From Fimbriosthenelais zetlandica (Eukaryota), in NCBI GenBank assembly GCA_977030845.1, contig OZ365110.1:17236001-17300000 (forward strand): DNA of 64,000 nt, in the 5' to 3' direction. The notes beneath the pieces are model-generated. The model ran no database searches, had not been told where the DNA came from, and saw only the letters and a program-made list of their open reading frames with translations. Below, piece after piece: positions 1-14,289 of the stretch; positions within the stretch are counted from its first letter, which is position 1; each line of letters opens with the position of its first letter. The position numbers were made by a program, and so were the translations under genes.

Positions 1-522
1 ATTTAATAACTTGGAGTGCAAGTAGTATATGGAAAGTGTGCTCAAGAGACCTCTTAGCTGATGTGTCACGAAAGCCTGTGATGTGTCATGATTGTGGTAC
101 CTATAGTTTGTCACTACCGGGAAGAATGGTGCACATTATCTTAGTTCTGATGTCATTCTCCATGCAAATTACCTCTTTGGTTTATATGTAAAAATATATA
201 GGTGGTTTATATAAATATAGCCTACATTCAGGCATAATATAGCAAGCAATGCATGTAATACTTATTCAATGTAGAATCTGCCATTGTATAGAACGGCTAT
301 TTGGCTCAAATATACAGCGCAGTTTTTTGACCTTTTTATATTGAAGAAAAAAGAACATTCTCAATGGCCCCCGGGGGCAAAAGTTTAATTTTTTCCACAA
401 TGGGGCATTTCACTTAATTTCCTTGTCAGAGGTTTGAATTTTATATTATGTGAAATTACCTGGCGGAAATGTCACAGGAAATTGGTGGTATACATTTTGG
501 CAAGCACCTGGGCCAGGGATCT

Positions 523-693
523 TTAACCTTTCGCTTTACTTCGCATGTGTCTGCCAGCCCTCAGGTTAACACATGTGTAATCGCCAAGATATTTCATAAT
601 TTAATTAACGCCGCTTAGTCGGCTGTTTCTAACTCGCCATGTCACTCCGACAAGGCGTTTGCAGAGTGTTAAACACATGCAAAGCGGGGTGAA
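523..693. mobile_element. Possible short MITE-like element with imperfect terminal inverted repeats
   Basis: Left TTAACCTTTCGCTTTACTTCGCATGTGT (523-550) is partly complementary to right ACACATGC-AAAGCG-GGGTGAA (673-693). A gap is needed and the right TTAA is not intact. Confidence 0.25.
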
Positions 694-1669
694 TTCTTTG
701 TTTTTGCACTGGTTTGGTTCTAGTTGTGCATTTTTCTTTTCTTGACCCAGAGGAACAGATGAACCAGAGCATGGATTGGAAACTTCTGTGTCACTTTCCT
801 AGGCAATTGATTGGGATATTTATTCTGATTTGTCCAATTGATGGAATAGATATTGGTTATGCCCCTGGCCAGACTTGATATTATCTCAAGTACACCTTTT
901 GCCCCAATCTCATTCTTTTCTTAGATTTGCCCTCGGGAAGCTAGCTTATTAAGCTTATAAAATGCTACATATATGGTTGAATAGCTAAAAATGGCAGGAC
1001 TGCTTGAAAATCTGTGTTCGCCAGAAGCTGTCATGAAACTGGGAGGATTTCAAGTACCAGTGACTCGGTGATTAGTGAGAGTCATTAAGATATTTTGGGA
1101 GATAACAAGGGGCAAAAAGGCACAGAAATAGAAAGAAATGCTCTGTTTCTGTCGATCAGTAACAATTTCTAAGGCATTCATTCCACTGATTGAATGAACA
1201 AACATATATTTCTATCAGTCTCAGTTCTTACCTTTCAATCTAATTTCATAAAAAAATCTATTTTAAAATCAAACCATTCGGATTTCCCATTCATCGATCC
1301 TATATGTGTATAAGCCTTCTTGTTGGAATACGGTGGCATATGGTCTGCTCTATTGGCATTGCACTTCATACACCCATCTATTCCATGATAAGAATGTCTT
1401 GTATGCCTTGTGATTAGTCAATTCACACCACATTCTCATATCAGCCAATGATTTATTACACTCACTGCCGATTACTATTGAAATATACCGTGACAATCTT
1501 CATTAGATACACCATTGAGATGTTACAGCAAGATTTGAACCCAATTTGAGAGAGTCTTTGAATTGTGTATACATTACATACATCATTATTTAGTGGGTTA
1601 TGTGTGTACACTTGATTAGCTCTATCCTTGTGGCACTGCATGCCATGAGATTTGACTTGGAATTTGGTT

Positions 1670-1750
1670 GTGAGTGAGTTATAGTTATCAAATGGTGAGT
1701 GACGGGGTTAGTGAGTAAATAAATGAGTGAGTAAATTAGTGAATGAGTGA
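1670..1750. repeat. Degenerate (TGAG)n simple repeat
   Basis: Repeated TGAGTGAG/GTGAGT/TGAATGAG units are visible directly. Confidence 0.7.
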
Positions 1751-4700
1751 AATTGTCAGATCTGTGTGCGTGGGTATATGTGTGTATTAGTCCCACCTTA
1801 GAATCTTCAGTTGTAGATCAAAACAAAGCCAGACATGGCCTACATAGGCAGGTAATTAAACTGCATAATTGATGCGGTAGCTCAGGTTTTTACGGGTCGA
1901 TACGAGTGCTCTCATAGACAGATTGATCAATGGTGACCTGCCACCAATTCGCCATAAATCTTAGGAAATGTAATGATTTATTTCCAGCTTTTCCCCCGCC
2001 GACTTCCTAAAATAATTCCAGAAGATATTGTGCCTCCATCTGGGCCACCCGTCAATTGATCGGTTGAGAATTGACTGGCCATATTATCAACGATTGTTTG
2101 TAGGGAAGGTGTCCATCGATTTTATCCACCTAGTGAAAAAAAGAATGTCCAGACTGATTCTGTGCAGTTTTTAATATGTACGTCATTGAATATAGCGTGT
2201 TAAGTAGCTGTTTCTGAAACAGATGTATAAATAGAATAGTAAATATTGGAAAAAAGTCCGACATATTCTTCATTGTGATCAGAGGAAGTATGGGAAACGG
2301 TTATTGGGATCCATACTGTCTACATTCCCTGCCCTCCTTCATTCTACAACCCCCACAATCCCCACACTCACGATTTCCCTCATCATGTTAGATAGGAGGA
2401 GGCAGATATGTATACTTGTGCTTTTGCGTAGTAATCTCTAAGAATTATATTCACTATGCATCTACTTGGTCTTTCGGTCCTAGACTCCTACAATGCAATA
2501 CACTCCATATTGAATTTCATTCATATTTCAGGTATTCATTCAATACTTAAATCTTAACCCGTTGATCCCAATTTCACTGACATTTTCAGGATCAGATTAT
2601 TCCCTGCACTTGGAAACTTAGTTTGATTCATATTATCTGAGATTTATCATTATCTGATATCATAATATTAACTCTATTAGCATTATATAGGGAAGTGATT
2701 GTAATGTTGGTATAGGATTAATACGATCACACATTCCTCTACGCAAAAAACATGTATACAAACACTCAAACAGATCAATGAATGTCCATATGTTGAATTT
2801 GTTGAATAGCTACTCCCTCCTTATCGATCCCTGTTCAATTTTTTCTCGGCTCTTGTGACCACAAAAAGTTTGTTGAAAGTTCATGTGATCGTTTTGGAAA
2901 TGTGCTTCTATTCAGCAGCTGTGATCAGCTCTGATCAAGGAAGTAGCAAGAACTTACATCGAAAGGAATAATAAATTGAAAATATTTCAGGATCGTTCCT
3001 GAAATTTGTCGGGGAATACGTATTATACCCCATGTTAATATCTTAATTATTCATAACGTTAGGCGATATAGCGTTACGTAATCATGTTCACACTCGATTA
3101 ACCTGTTTCTGACACATATTATGCATTGCATAATTAAATTGTCTCCTAAGTGATATTGACAAGTAATATTCATGGATATGATGATAGAGTTACTTATGTA
3201 GAACAATGCCGGAAAATGTCTTATACATGTAGTAACTCTGAACCTAGCTTTTGTGTATGGAGCATTGAACATATCATGCAGTATACAAATACTAGTTTTG
3301 TTGGGTGTGGTTTTAAGCCATCACTCTCTCCATAGAAAACGATGTGTGAAATATTAGTTTGGAGCAAATAGTTATAGTGAACTGCATGGATGGAGGATTA
3401 GTAATTTAGTCTATAAATGATGCAAACAATACCAGAAGCCAAAAGGTTTTTTAGACCCATCTCTCTTTGGCGTCAAATTACAAAGATTACAAAACTTTGG
3501 TCAAACAAAAGTGGTCATTGCGACCTTGTCCTTGATCTTTTCTTTTCTGATCTCTCTCCGACCCATTCTTTTCATCTTGAAGGTCAAGCCTTACGGTCGC
3601 TTTTGATTGTGGACTCATTGGGTCTCTCTTATAACTGCTTAAGTCAGAATACTTAATGCGTTATGGGAGGGGCAGAAGGGCCGGTGGGTGTTGGGTGGAT
3701 AGGAAGAAAGGCTACATATGGCAAAGTAGTATAGGCAAACAGGGGTTCATGGCAGAGAGAGGCCTAGAAAAGATACAAGGCAGCTTGGCTCCCTGCCTAC
3801 CTACATAGGCGAGGTTGGGAGGTAGTGAGGTGTGTGAGTGTGTGTGTAAGGGAATCATCAACCATACACATTTATCATCCCACTCGCACAAGTACACATT
3901 AAGTATGTGTAAAGTTTTGTGGATACAGTTAATTGATACTTTGTGTTGTGCTATTTACCTGTCATGTCCATGGAGTGGGCTCAACTTCGACACAAATTGT
4001 CTGCTGCATGTCTCAGGGCCTAATAATATATGGTTGATTAATATTTACTTCTATGATTTTCTGTAGAAATGATATCTTCAGAATATTATATATGATATCT
4101 AAATCTGATATTGACGCACACATATCTTTATAGTCAGTATATGTCCCACTATTGAATGGGAAGGTCAGATTGGAAAAGGACATTTAGATTCTTAGAATAT
4201 ATATCAAAGGTTAATTAAAGTGATACACGTATCTAAATGTTACAGAGAGATTAATGATCTCATTCCAATGCTGGCCAAGCCATGAGCATATAAATTAGAA
4301 TCAACTTAATTTGCTGCTCTTAATATTGCTAGCTAAATTCATAGATCTATGCCTGTTCCATCAACGAATGTGTAAATTAGCATTCATTTGAAGTTTTCTT
4401 TTGTGCAGAAAAAAACATATTTCCAGCTAGCTCTTCCTCGCTGTGAGGTGCTGTTTGGAGTGGAGCCAAAGCTCAGTTTGCCATTTCATGCTGGCCATGT
4501 CTAAGTCTGCCATTAAGCAGTCAGTGTGACGGTGATTTACACATATACCGGCTTTTATCTTCAGTCCGATTCCGTCCATTCCGCAGTAACAGGGAAGTGT
4601 TTTTAGATGGATGGCCCTCTATTTTCTGATCAATACAGGCCTTGTCGGCCCTCCTGCGAGATCAAGGATGGGTAATGGGATGCATGAATATCTACGGGCT

Positions 4701-6564
4701 CTTGTTCTGAAATATAACTGTTCTGATAGTCAGAATCTAGGATAGCTTAGATTTATACATATTATATCCCACATCGTCATTTAGATTTTTCAATGCGATC
4801 ACATACATTGCCACCAATTTCCCATTCCGTACCGAGTATTTTTCCAATGACTTATCCTGGTTTAATGTCATGCTTGGCTCTCATATGTTTAACGAAAAGT
4901 TCCTATATGATCAAGCAAAATGGTAATTTAAATCCCCCTAAGGAATGTTTTAGTTAAATGATTTTCTGTAATCCCCGGCCATTGCATGACTCGAGAATAT
5001 AAAATGATCAGAATTCAACATTTAAGTTCATCCATCAATTTTAAATTTAGCTAGTTTTTCCTCTGAATTCCTGGTATTGGAGCTTGTGCCATTATACATG
5101 CATGCAAATACTGTCAATTGATACTGCTGTATGATACAAGTGGGGCTTTTTAAAGCTGGATAGTGCATTGATGATTATTCAATTCATATGACACTTCTCT
5201 ATGTGGTGATAATGGGGGTATTTTTATGCTGTATGTGCAGATTTTCAATAGTTTGTATTTCCTCATCCATGGATGTATACAGACTCTGAGAAATGAGAAT
5301 CTAAAGGGTTTTAATACTAGCCGTGCATAAAGTATGCACCCCCATCCAAACATACTAGATATACCTAATAGCCTATATATATATATGTGTGAAGATGAAT
5401 TTATAAGTTAGTATCAGAATCTATATATTGAAATCGGCTTTTCCATACATCTACTAGCTTTGAAGTTAAATCATAAAACTAGGTACGCATGTATGGATTT
5501 GGTCCTTTGTTGTATGTTGCATTGTATCGAAGACAATCCTATATCCCCGTAATTGAATCATTTTCTGGGACACACACACCCATGCGTGTATACATGATGT
5601 ACGTACATACATAAATTTTCTATGAAATATTAATCGGGGGATGTCCAGTCCAGTCTTGTACCTGTCCAGTCAGGGCAAAACATATACCTGGGATAGATTC
5701 AGTAAGTCCCCCCCTTACAGTGTCCACATCGATCTCCCATTCCAACCAGGTGTAAATTCATAGACAGGTAGCATCTGTATAGGTATATAGAGGGATAGAA
5801 AACTTCCTGGCTACGGAGTTATACTGTTTTTGATTATACAATCATAAATTATATGTTAGATCTAGTTCGGTGGGTACTTTTTTTCGTCATAATCCTGACT
5901 GAAAATGGAAGCATGAAAGACGTGTTAAGCCAACTGGTATATGATATTAAAGTATTAATTCCCTGTTATTCCAAATATTGTATGGAATTTAAATGTTTTG
6001 CAAGTTTATCCCTCATGATATTGTTAAAATATTGTCATTTGCTGTTGAATAGATTGTTTTTGGCACAGACGTTTTAATATTGTTCATGTGGTATTCTCAA
6101 AAATTGTGTTCCGGAGGCGTAACTCAAAAGCCCTTGACTGGAAGTTTGTCATGCACAATTGTAATTTCCCCTAAGCTGCGTGCCGCAGTAAACCGGTTTT
6201 CTTACAATGGGCAGAATTTTTATCTGATAGTTACATCATTATGGGAAGATCCGGCGTAAACTTGATCATTATCCTTGAAAGACTTATTTTGTATAGGACA
6301 TTGCCATTAGATCGGATATTGTGTTCTGATAGATGGTTGTGCTTCTATGTGCCTTCAAGCTCTAAGGTGGATCAGTCTAGTCCTTTTCACTAGACTATAC
6401 CAGAGAAACCATTACAAAGTCCTTATACACAAAAGCACGATGGTTACCGCACAGGCTTCTGCATGGTCATGCTATATCTAAACAAATTCAGTTTTTATGC
6501 CCACCAATATTATATAAGAAAAGGGAAGGTTATCCACTAGGAAATCTCAGATTTCGTAAACCCA

Positions 6565-6567
6565 CCC

Positions 6568-6598
<31 letters not shown>

Positions 6599-6600
6599 AA
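6565..6600. repeat. C24 homopolymer directly followed by A12
   Basis: Direct count: C 6565-6588, A 6589-6600. Confidence 0.95.
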
Positions 6601-6839
6601 TACATAATAAATTATGCAGAGACGGAATTGTGTCTTCTTAATTCTGACAATGCAAGAGAACAAAATGCATTTTATTATACTTTCGCAATTGTTCTCATTT
6701 AAAGAAATTTTATTATATGGGTGTTATTGCATGTCTGTGATTGTATTGATCGGCATTGGGGATCTGTACAAGAGAGCCTTTAGAAAGGTACATCTTGACT
6801 CATTATATTGTGTCTCTTGCTCAGTCCACCGTTGGTTTA

Positions 6840-6918
6840 ACCACTGGAGCCTGTATATAGCGGGAGAAAGGATCAGGAGGTGGTGATATCCACACACCTG
6901 GAGGAACTCGTGCCAGAA
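6840..6918 (-). mobile_element. Decayed RNase H fragment of a DIRS/Ngaro-like tyrosine-recombinase retrotransposon
   Basis: Minus strand reads FWHEFLQ (6918-6898), then LYTGSSG in a shifted frame (6860-6840). This resembles the WWxxFL...LYTDASG motifs of these elements. Spacing is somewhat short; by-eye match only. Confidence 0.35.
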
Positions 6919-9900
6919 GTCCTCCTGGATCCTTTCACTGTCTTCTTCATCATCAGTCAATCAATATGTAGGTACTCTAGCCTGAATATATAGGAGGCAA
7001 CTAGATGAACTGAATGAATGATTAATTCACTTTTAACATCAGCCAACTCCAGTGGCAACCTTTGTACTTATACATACACAGTGTTGATTACAGGCCAAAA
7101 GTAGAAGAAAGTGGAAGATTAACCTTAAGTTGATTTAACACTGTTTTATGATCGGTACAAGTCATCTAGGCGGTGTTAGGGGTTTATTTTAACTCAGTTA
7201 TTGTTTCATTTTAAGTGGGTGGTTATTTCGGTCCTTCGTTTAATGGTACTTCCAATGAATACTTTACATCTCTTTTTTCCCACTGAATATTGATTCACCT
7301 GTTCAGTCGGATCTTTGACCAAATATCTAGGTTGATACTTTTTGTTGTAGCAGCCGTGAATTTTACAGTCTCTCTGTCATAATTTACTCGCTCAAAATAG
7401 CCACTTACTCCTAGATATATCCCTGCAATTATTCAATCACTTGATTACGTCCATTCAAACATGAATTGATGTAAATCATGTAATCTATTTACATATTCAT
7501 TCCATCTGTCTATTCATGTACATTTATACCCACTTGCTTCTGTATGGGTGGTGGGGGGTCAATAGGGGTCCTCACCATTATGGCACCCCCGAGTCAACAA
7601 AACCATGACTATTGCAACAATAATACACGGTAATCCCCTCCCATCAATGGAAGGTGTCAGTGATGGTGATCATTTTCACCCTCTAAATGCTGACCTCCCT
7701 GTGTGATCCGAGTCACAGTTTAGAAACAACTCTCGGTCCTTCCAACTTCCATGGCCCAATAAGTTTTTAAAGGCCTGAGCGTGGGAATGGTGAGTTTAGA
7801 CAGGTAACACTACTGTTATGATCCACCCACTGCAGGTCTGAGACAGGTGAAAACTAAAGCCTCATGGTATAGACACTGTGAATATATATCACACCCTTTA
7901 ATGTCACTATTAACAAAGCGATGGTCCCACTCACCTATCATCAATCTTGACAAGAAGTCATGAGGCCAAAAGGTTGAATTATATTGTTCATGTCTAACAT
8001 GCATACCCACTCCAAATTGTTTAGATTAGTTTTTTTCTCTCCACATATTCGTGCATTTTATGCTTGGCTAATGACTGGTGGAAACGTCATTTTGTAATTT
8101 ACTTATTTCTTCCATTCTGTCACTTAAAAGTCATTTTAAAAATTTGAATATTTATTATTAAATGACAGTAATTCAACTTTTCCCTCATTTTTGAAGTGGT
8201 GCTACTAACGGAAGTGAGCATTTTTTAAACTTTTTGGCCTAAGTGACAGATCAGCCTTCCAGGTTTACTCGAGACTACCTCAAAACGCCCGGTCATATTA
8301 ATCATGTGTTTTTTCACTCCAAGTCTGAAATTTTCTCACAGGTTCATGGAGTTTGTACAAGTTTATTTACGGTTGCCAGGGGAACAACCATAGCCATCTC
8401 TCTGTCACCTACCCATGTAGGGCATTGTCAAAGTTAAAAAAAAAAGAAACCGGGGGAGAGAAAAAAGGAACAGGGTGTCATCAGTGGAAGATTCCCATTG
8501 AAGAATTAACAGTAGGGATTAGAATGGTAGGGAATCAGCGTGAGAAAATGTGTGGGAAAATTCAGTGAGAAGTTCCCTGAGTTACCTGATCAGGTTACCA
8601 TGACAATAGACCCCGTGACGACTGAGCTTGTCTCTCTATCTGTCAACTAATCCCCATATATTTAACAGAAAAATATACTGACATATGATCACCGCAGGCT
8701 TTTTCCTCCCACCCACCAATTATATACATTATCTCCTGTAGGGTTACGTCTCTGGTGAGGCAATAATTTAATTATAAACTACACCTGGCCAAGTAAATGC
8801 ATATTCCCCAAGTAGATCCAATCACAGACATGATTTATGTGTCTGGATCTGTGTTCCTCATGCTAATAAATTTGATGGAAAAACACGGTCAAGGGCGGGG
8901 CCTATTAACAAGGGGACATATTATAGGGGCAGTAAATGCTTGTTGGTGAAGGCAATTACATGTAGAGATGAATGTGAGGAACATGCAGGCGGTGTGGGCA
9001 GTGTGCAGATTTCATTGTGGATGGTCAGCAGCACACAGCATCTAAGGACATCAGTGATGGAGGTTTTTTTACAGCCCCATCATATTTGATGGGCGATGGA
9101 GGGAGTTACAATAGTACTGCCCTGTTTATTACCATTTTCATTATCATTGCCATCTCTTTTACATTTAAGTACTGTACACACAACTAAACCTATAATTATT
9201 GTACCCAATTATACAGGTCTTTAACATAGAAAATCTAGAGATATTTGAGGAGGAATACTGCCTGATGCAACCAGGTTTTCGGCGACTAATTTCAGGACAC
9301 ATGTTCATCCCCCGCACTAGTTTTCCATTCCCCCTTTACACCTAGACACTGTCTAAGACACATTGCCTGACCACCTATCCCTTCATTATTTCATTGATTA
9401 CTAACCAATTGATTGGGGTGTTGTGATCAATGGACGAGCGTGATTCTTGACACTATACTCTTCTTGGAATGGTTTGGCCCAGGCCTTATACGACACTAGT
9501 TTACAGCTAGCATGACATCTGATATTTTACCGGTTCCAGGAGTTAATGACATCACAGTGTTATGTACCATAATTACTTTATTAACTTATATACTTTAAGT
9601 TTGGTGATAATTCTAATTGTTCCCAATGGGAAACACTTACTGCCAGTCAACATAGTTAATATAGATTTTTGGGCTCGAGAACATTACATCATTATGTATT
9701 GGTTCTCAATTCATTTGCAAAAGTAAATTTGCCTCTTCAGCAGCATTCTCCTATATTATTATATAACATAGAGCAAAACTATAGAGCAAAACCACCTTAA
9801 TTTATTTAGTAAATTACAAGTGATAAAAAACTTACATTGGCTTTCAACATATAGTTGAAGTGAAGGGACTCATGCAGTCCTTCTTCCTATAGTGAAACTA

Positions 9901-10457
9901 ATTGCTGTGTGGATTATGAGAACGAAGCAGGAAAAAATACTGCAGACTCTCTCTGAGGATGCTAAATTAACACGATCAAACATCATCTCGCCCAGATCCA
10001 AGGCGGAGAAGATCAAAAGAAATCCTGCACAACATCATAACATCAAGAGTCGCCAGCCGGTCTTAGGCAACTAACAAAGCAGGCCTTTGATATGATAGAA
10101 ATCTTATGGGTGAGGCCAATGAGAGGTGAGGTGGTCGGATGGGGAGTGGGGTTCCCTCTCTGAGTCTCAACCCCATCCCAGTATAAATTTTGTGCTACAT
10201 TGTTAACTTCATTTTAAATTGTCGTATATTCATAGAATATTGGAGTGGTCTTTCTTCAAAGGCCTTAATGATGTATCATTAGAAAAGGTGTTCTTGCTCT
10301 GTTGATGCGCCCCCCCCCCCCCTGTTTATGGACTATCTATAATCTAGATATAATGAAGGACAGACATCTTCTCTAGATATAATTGTCATGCCTATAATTA
10401 ACACATTCAACCGTATACACACCAGACAGGTCTACAATTGATTCAGATTGCAAACTG

Positions 10458-10499
10458 TCATTCATTCATTCATTCATTCATTCATTCATTTATTTATTT
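10458..10499. repeat. (TTCA)7 microsatellite grading into (TTTA)n
   Basis: Direct reading of TCA(TTCA)7 TT TATTTATTT. Confidence 0.95.
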
Positions 10500-10960
10500 G
10501 CTGTTCAGTTAATTAGGTATATTCCATCATTCATATGTTATATAATACTTCTTTGTATTGCACAAAATCCATCATATTTATCTATTCAAAGCATCAAAAC
10601 CACCCAGCCCCTCCTGGACCAGCATAATATCCCTCCATAACCCCAATTAAGAAACACTTCTTATCACACCGGCCAGTCCTACTCTTCTACTGGCCATTGG
10701 TCTAACCAAGGTCAAATGCCTTCAAGGCCCAAAGCCTTGATTGCATATTTAAATAAGTCAGTATTAGGGATTTTCATGGGGGTTGTATATATGCAGGCCA
10801 TCTCCCTATACTGAATGAGCCAGAAGGTTGGGAATCTGTGTCAGATTATATTGGCTGTTCCGGCATAATAAGACCAAAGCTGCCCTTCCACTGTCACTGA
10901 TGTTATTTACACACGTTTAGCTGTGATATTTCATGGCTGGATTTGAGGGATTTATTGATT

Positions 10961-11260
10961 TATGCGTGTTTATGGCCCTGGCCACCTTTCACTCTGGCCA
11001 CACAAAGCCTCCCATCCTATAACAAGTGCTACTCAGATGTTTATGATAGGCAATGGTCGCTGAGCCCGGCGAAGGGCCATAACTCGTCATCTCTCCCCAC
11101 TGTTCATATTAGTCATCATGTACTTATGGACATTAATGTTGCCCACTGGTTTCCATTGTGATGGCGTGATTTCCATGGCTTCGCCTAAAACACACCAGGA
11201 AATGAATATCCCGGGATGAAAGTACACCTCCCCGGCTTCCCGGTTCGTGGGAATGTGTGA
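10961..11260 (+). mobile_element. Decayed RT-RNase H junction of a DIRS/Ngaro-like element
   Basis: YAC..PG-like segment at 10961-10985, then HISHHVLMDINVAHW and DGVISM at about 11105-11177. These resemble FACxVVxPGR...DLxWWxxFLxxWNGVS but need frameshifts. Confidence 0.25.
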
Positions 11261-12829
11261 GGGAAAGCGCGGGCTGCGCCTCATGCTGTGTTTCATCCTA
11301 ATCCACACCTCCATTGACATTCAAACCAGCAGAGATACCAGAAGCAAAGTGATGCCCTCCCCATCCAAGCGTTCAGCATTGCTTGCAGTTTGTTCAGGAA
11401 TATTATCCTGATCCTAACATTATTACATAAGAGGGCAGAGAGGAGAGCCCCTCGGTGGCCGTTGTATAACCCCCATTTTCTACTACTACTACTATAGCAT
11501 TCCTAAGGCAGTCGCCTGGTCTAACCCCCACCATGGCTGCACAATGCTGGGCCTGGCTGAATTGATGGCATACGAATTTGCTGCTGACTCCACCATTTTT
11601 ACTTCATGTCTGTCCGCTAGTTCCAGCCTGTTGGAAACGGTGGAGAATAATATATAGGTTATGAGCAGGGAGGCTTGTGCAGGGGAACGTACGTGTAGGG
11701 TGTGTAAAGAACAAGTGAGTGGTTCTTAGGTGCTGATTTCTGCTTTTAAAAGTGAAGTGAAATCAGACATCGAACCATATAATGATGCTAATGTATCATC
11801 GCAACACTCGTGAAATGGCTGCTCCCTACACGTGTATAATGGATATGGCATATGGTCAGATATGCTCTACACCAATTCACCCCCAGAATGGTTACCCCAC
11901 TTTTATTTGCACTAATGTTACAGGCAGCAATGACGCTTATTTGCCTCTCTTTGACGCCTCAAAGTGGCGTCAATTACAGCGCCATGATTGGGAAGGAATG
12001 GTGGAAAGCTGAAGGAGAGGGGAGGAGGAGGGAGGAGGAGGAGGTGGTGGTGGTGGTAGTTAGGCCTATGGACGTGTGAGAGAGTCACCCTGGAAAAAGT
12101 AGCCACTAGAGTTTGAGGAAGATTTACCAGGGCTATCTAACAGCTGGTGGGATTGCAGGCAATCCATGCAGTCTGCCCCCTCCCCATCCCCTTAACTGAA
12201 GGGCATGATCCAGTAGGAGATCCTTACTAGGATTTTGTCATACTTCTATATCTATATTTCTGTTATATCCCCCCCCCCTCTCTCCTCTCTCTCTCTCTCT
12301 CATTTGGCAATACCATACAGTCCCTTATATTTCATTGAATTTTATTGACTTGCAAATTATACATCAGTATGCTGAGATGACTGCTTTCACGTCCCCAGAA
12401 CATGTCTTCTGACATGTAAAGCTCTCTGTCTATTTTGGCTCAGTTTCAGATACCGGCTCATTTGGCTTCAATTCAGAACAGTAATAGCTTCCCTATAACT
12501 TCGTCGTCAGATATCTCCATCTTGTTATTTAAGTATAAGACAAACACTTATTATTAGAAACTTAATAAACCTAGCAATTTCATTAAGGCAATATTCCAGA
12601 TCAAAGTAGTATGACTTTTTTAATGCAAAAGTCCGATAATCCATGATAATCTGCATTAAGATTTAAGGATTACGATGGTAGCATCATGACCATCCAATGG
12701 CTGTTGAAGATGTTCCTTCCTTGTAGGCAGCATTTGAATTGTCTCAAAGGACAAATCTCAGATCCAGCCTGCTGAGCATTTAAAGCTACAGACATAGGAA
12801 GCATTATCATCATTTGACAGATAGGATCT

Positions 12830-13360
12830 GTGTGGCTGGCAAAGTATTGGACATACAGCCATGCTGTGTTGGCTCTAGTAGTGGCTGCTGCTTTGGGCTG
12901 CAGCTGTCCAGATTACGATGATTCAGTGCAATCTCTCAGTGGCTGTACCACTGCAGTGAGGAGAGGGAGAAGGGGGAGAGGTCTCCAGCAGCTGGTGGCT
13001 GCAGTAGTGTATGCTGGAGGAGCAGCAGATGCATGGAGAAGCAGATGGATCCAGCAGCTGGCCTTGGTGGAGAAGGCAGCAGCCAGAAGGAGATGTGGAA
13101 GACAGGCAGGGATGGCTGAAGCAGTAGTGGCAGCCACATGCAGTGGCAGCATCCAACCACTGCCCACACTTCCCCTCACCCCCCTCCCCCCTACCCCCTT
13201 CCCCCTCCCACTTCTAGAGGTACACCCTCCCACCCCTCCTTTACTACATGAAGTGAGGCCAGAATTGCATCAGCATCATGGGCCTGTCTCCGGGCGCCGA
13301 GTGATGCTGGCTCTGAGGAGGAGCAGGAGGAGGAGGAGGAGGTGGAGGGGGAGGAGGAGG
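12830..13360. repeat. GC-rich low-complexity tract (GCA/GGA/CCC-rich)
   Basis: Runs of GCAGCA, CCCCT and (GGA)n. These explain the overlapping ORFs on both strands without recognisable domains. Confidence 0.7.
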
Positions 13361-13640
13361 ACATCAGTGCACCAATATCACTACCATATCCACTCCTTCC
13401 ATTTTCACTGACCACTGCTCCAGGATATGACCCGCTGCCATGCCTACCTCCCATCTGAACACACCCATTCCGCTCTGTCCCTGCAAGTAGAACAATGTTC
13501 ATGGTTCATGTGCACCTCATAATTTACCCTTGTATGACTCCCCATTACCAGCCCACCAGCTCCAACATACACCCTCTCCCCATCCCTGTTTAAATATTTG
13601 CTTTAGACCTCCTATACAAACCTCTGGCCGACGTAGATTT
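13360..13640 (-). mobile_element. Possible decayed SGNH/GDSL hydrolase domain of a retroelement
   Basis: Minus strand reads VCIGG...WWAGNG, then NIVLLAGT (about 13500-13477) in another frame. These resemble SGNH blocks I-III (VxIxGxS, WxG, IVLxxGTND). Stops and frameshifts are present. Confidence 0.3.
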
Positions 13641-13898
13641 CCATCTTTAATTTGCATTGTGTGCCTTCATCATTCAAAATCACAGCGTACCGCTGTCTTT
13701 GTCACTACGTTTCCCATACCCCTCTCAGTGAGAACCATGTCCCTGTCTGGCCTCCCTGCTGGTCTTGTGCGGCCACCAACACACTTTCACAGTCAATATA
13801 ACCAAATCCCAGTGGATGACGGGGATAGAAGGATTTGCCTTGCCTTGTTGAATCACGACAAATTTCTGTGATTGGTGTAAATGTGCAGAGCTCTATTG

Positions 13899-13990
13899 TC
13901 AGTCAGCAGTCTGTCAGTCAGTCAACGAGCCAGTCAGCCTGTCGGTCAGCCAGTCAACGAGCCAGTCACCAGTTGGTCAGTGAATCGGTC
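13899..13990. repeat. Degenerate (CAGT)n tetranucleotide repeat
   Basis: Repeated CAGTCAG/CAGCCAGTCA units are visible directly. Confidence 0.8.
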
Positions 13991-14289
13991 TGACAGCAAG
14001 CTAGTCTACTGATCGACCAGAGTTTGATGTATAATCATTTAGATCCATGGGCACATTATTGTAGTACTGCCTTGGTCTAAATTACAATTCAGTTAACTTC
14101 TGACAGTGCAACAGCGAGGGAAACACATATATATGTTTCTCATGTGAACATAATAGTTTCAGCCATCTAAACCTCCCTGTCTTAGACAAGTTTCACCAGA
14201 TTTTTGTGATTTGTGATTTGCTTTTCAGTCTGTTGAAAAACCCAGATCATATAATAATCAGGAAATTCCCCAAGAACTCCTGCAGCTAT

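Noticed and set aside
6925-6956. CTGATGA...GAAA on the minus strand, like a hammerhead ribozyme core
   Set aside because: The intervening bases cannot form stem II and no stems I/III were found. Other CTGATGA sites checked also failed.
7721-7957. LLVKID and SWKDRELFL as DIRS RT/RNase H motifs
   Set aside because: Spacing is far shorter than in intact elements; too weak to call.
11870-11930. GYPTFICT resembling the Helitron Rep motif GxPTxFxT
   Set aside because: A single short match with no other Rep or helicase motifs.
12830-13411. 193-aa plus-strand ORF and several overlapping minus-strand ORFs
   Set aside because: Low-complexity GC-rich DNA that lacks stops in many frames; no domain and no splice context.
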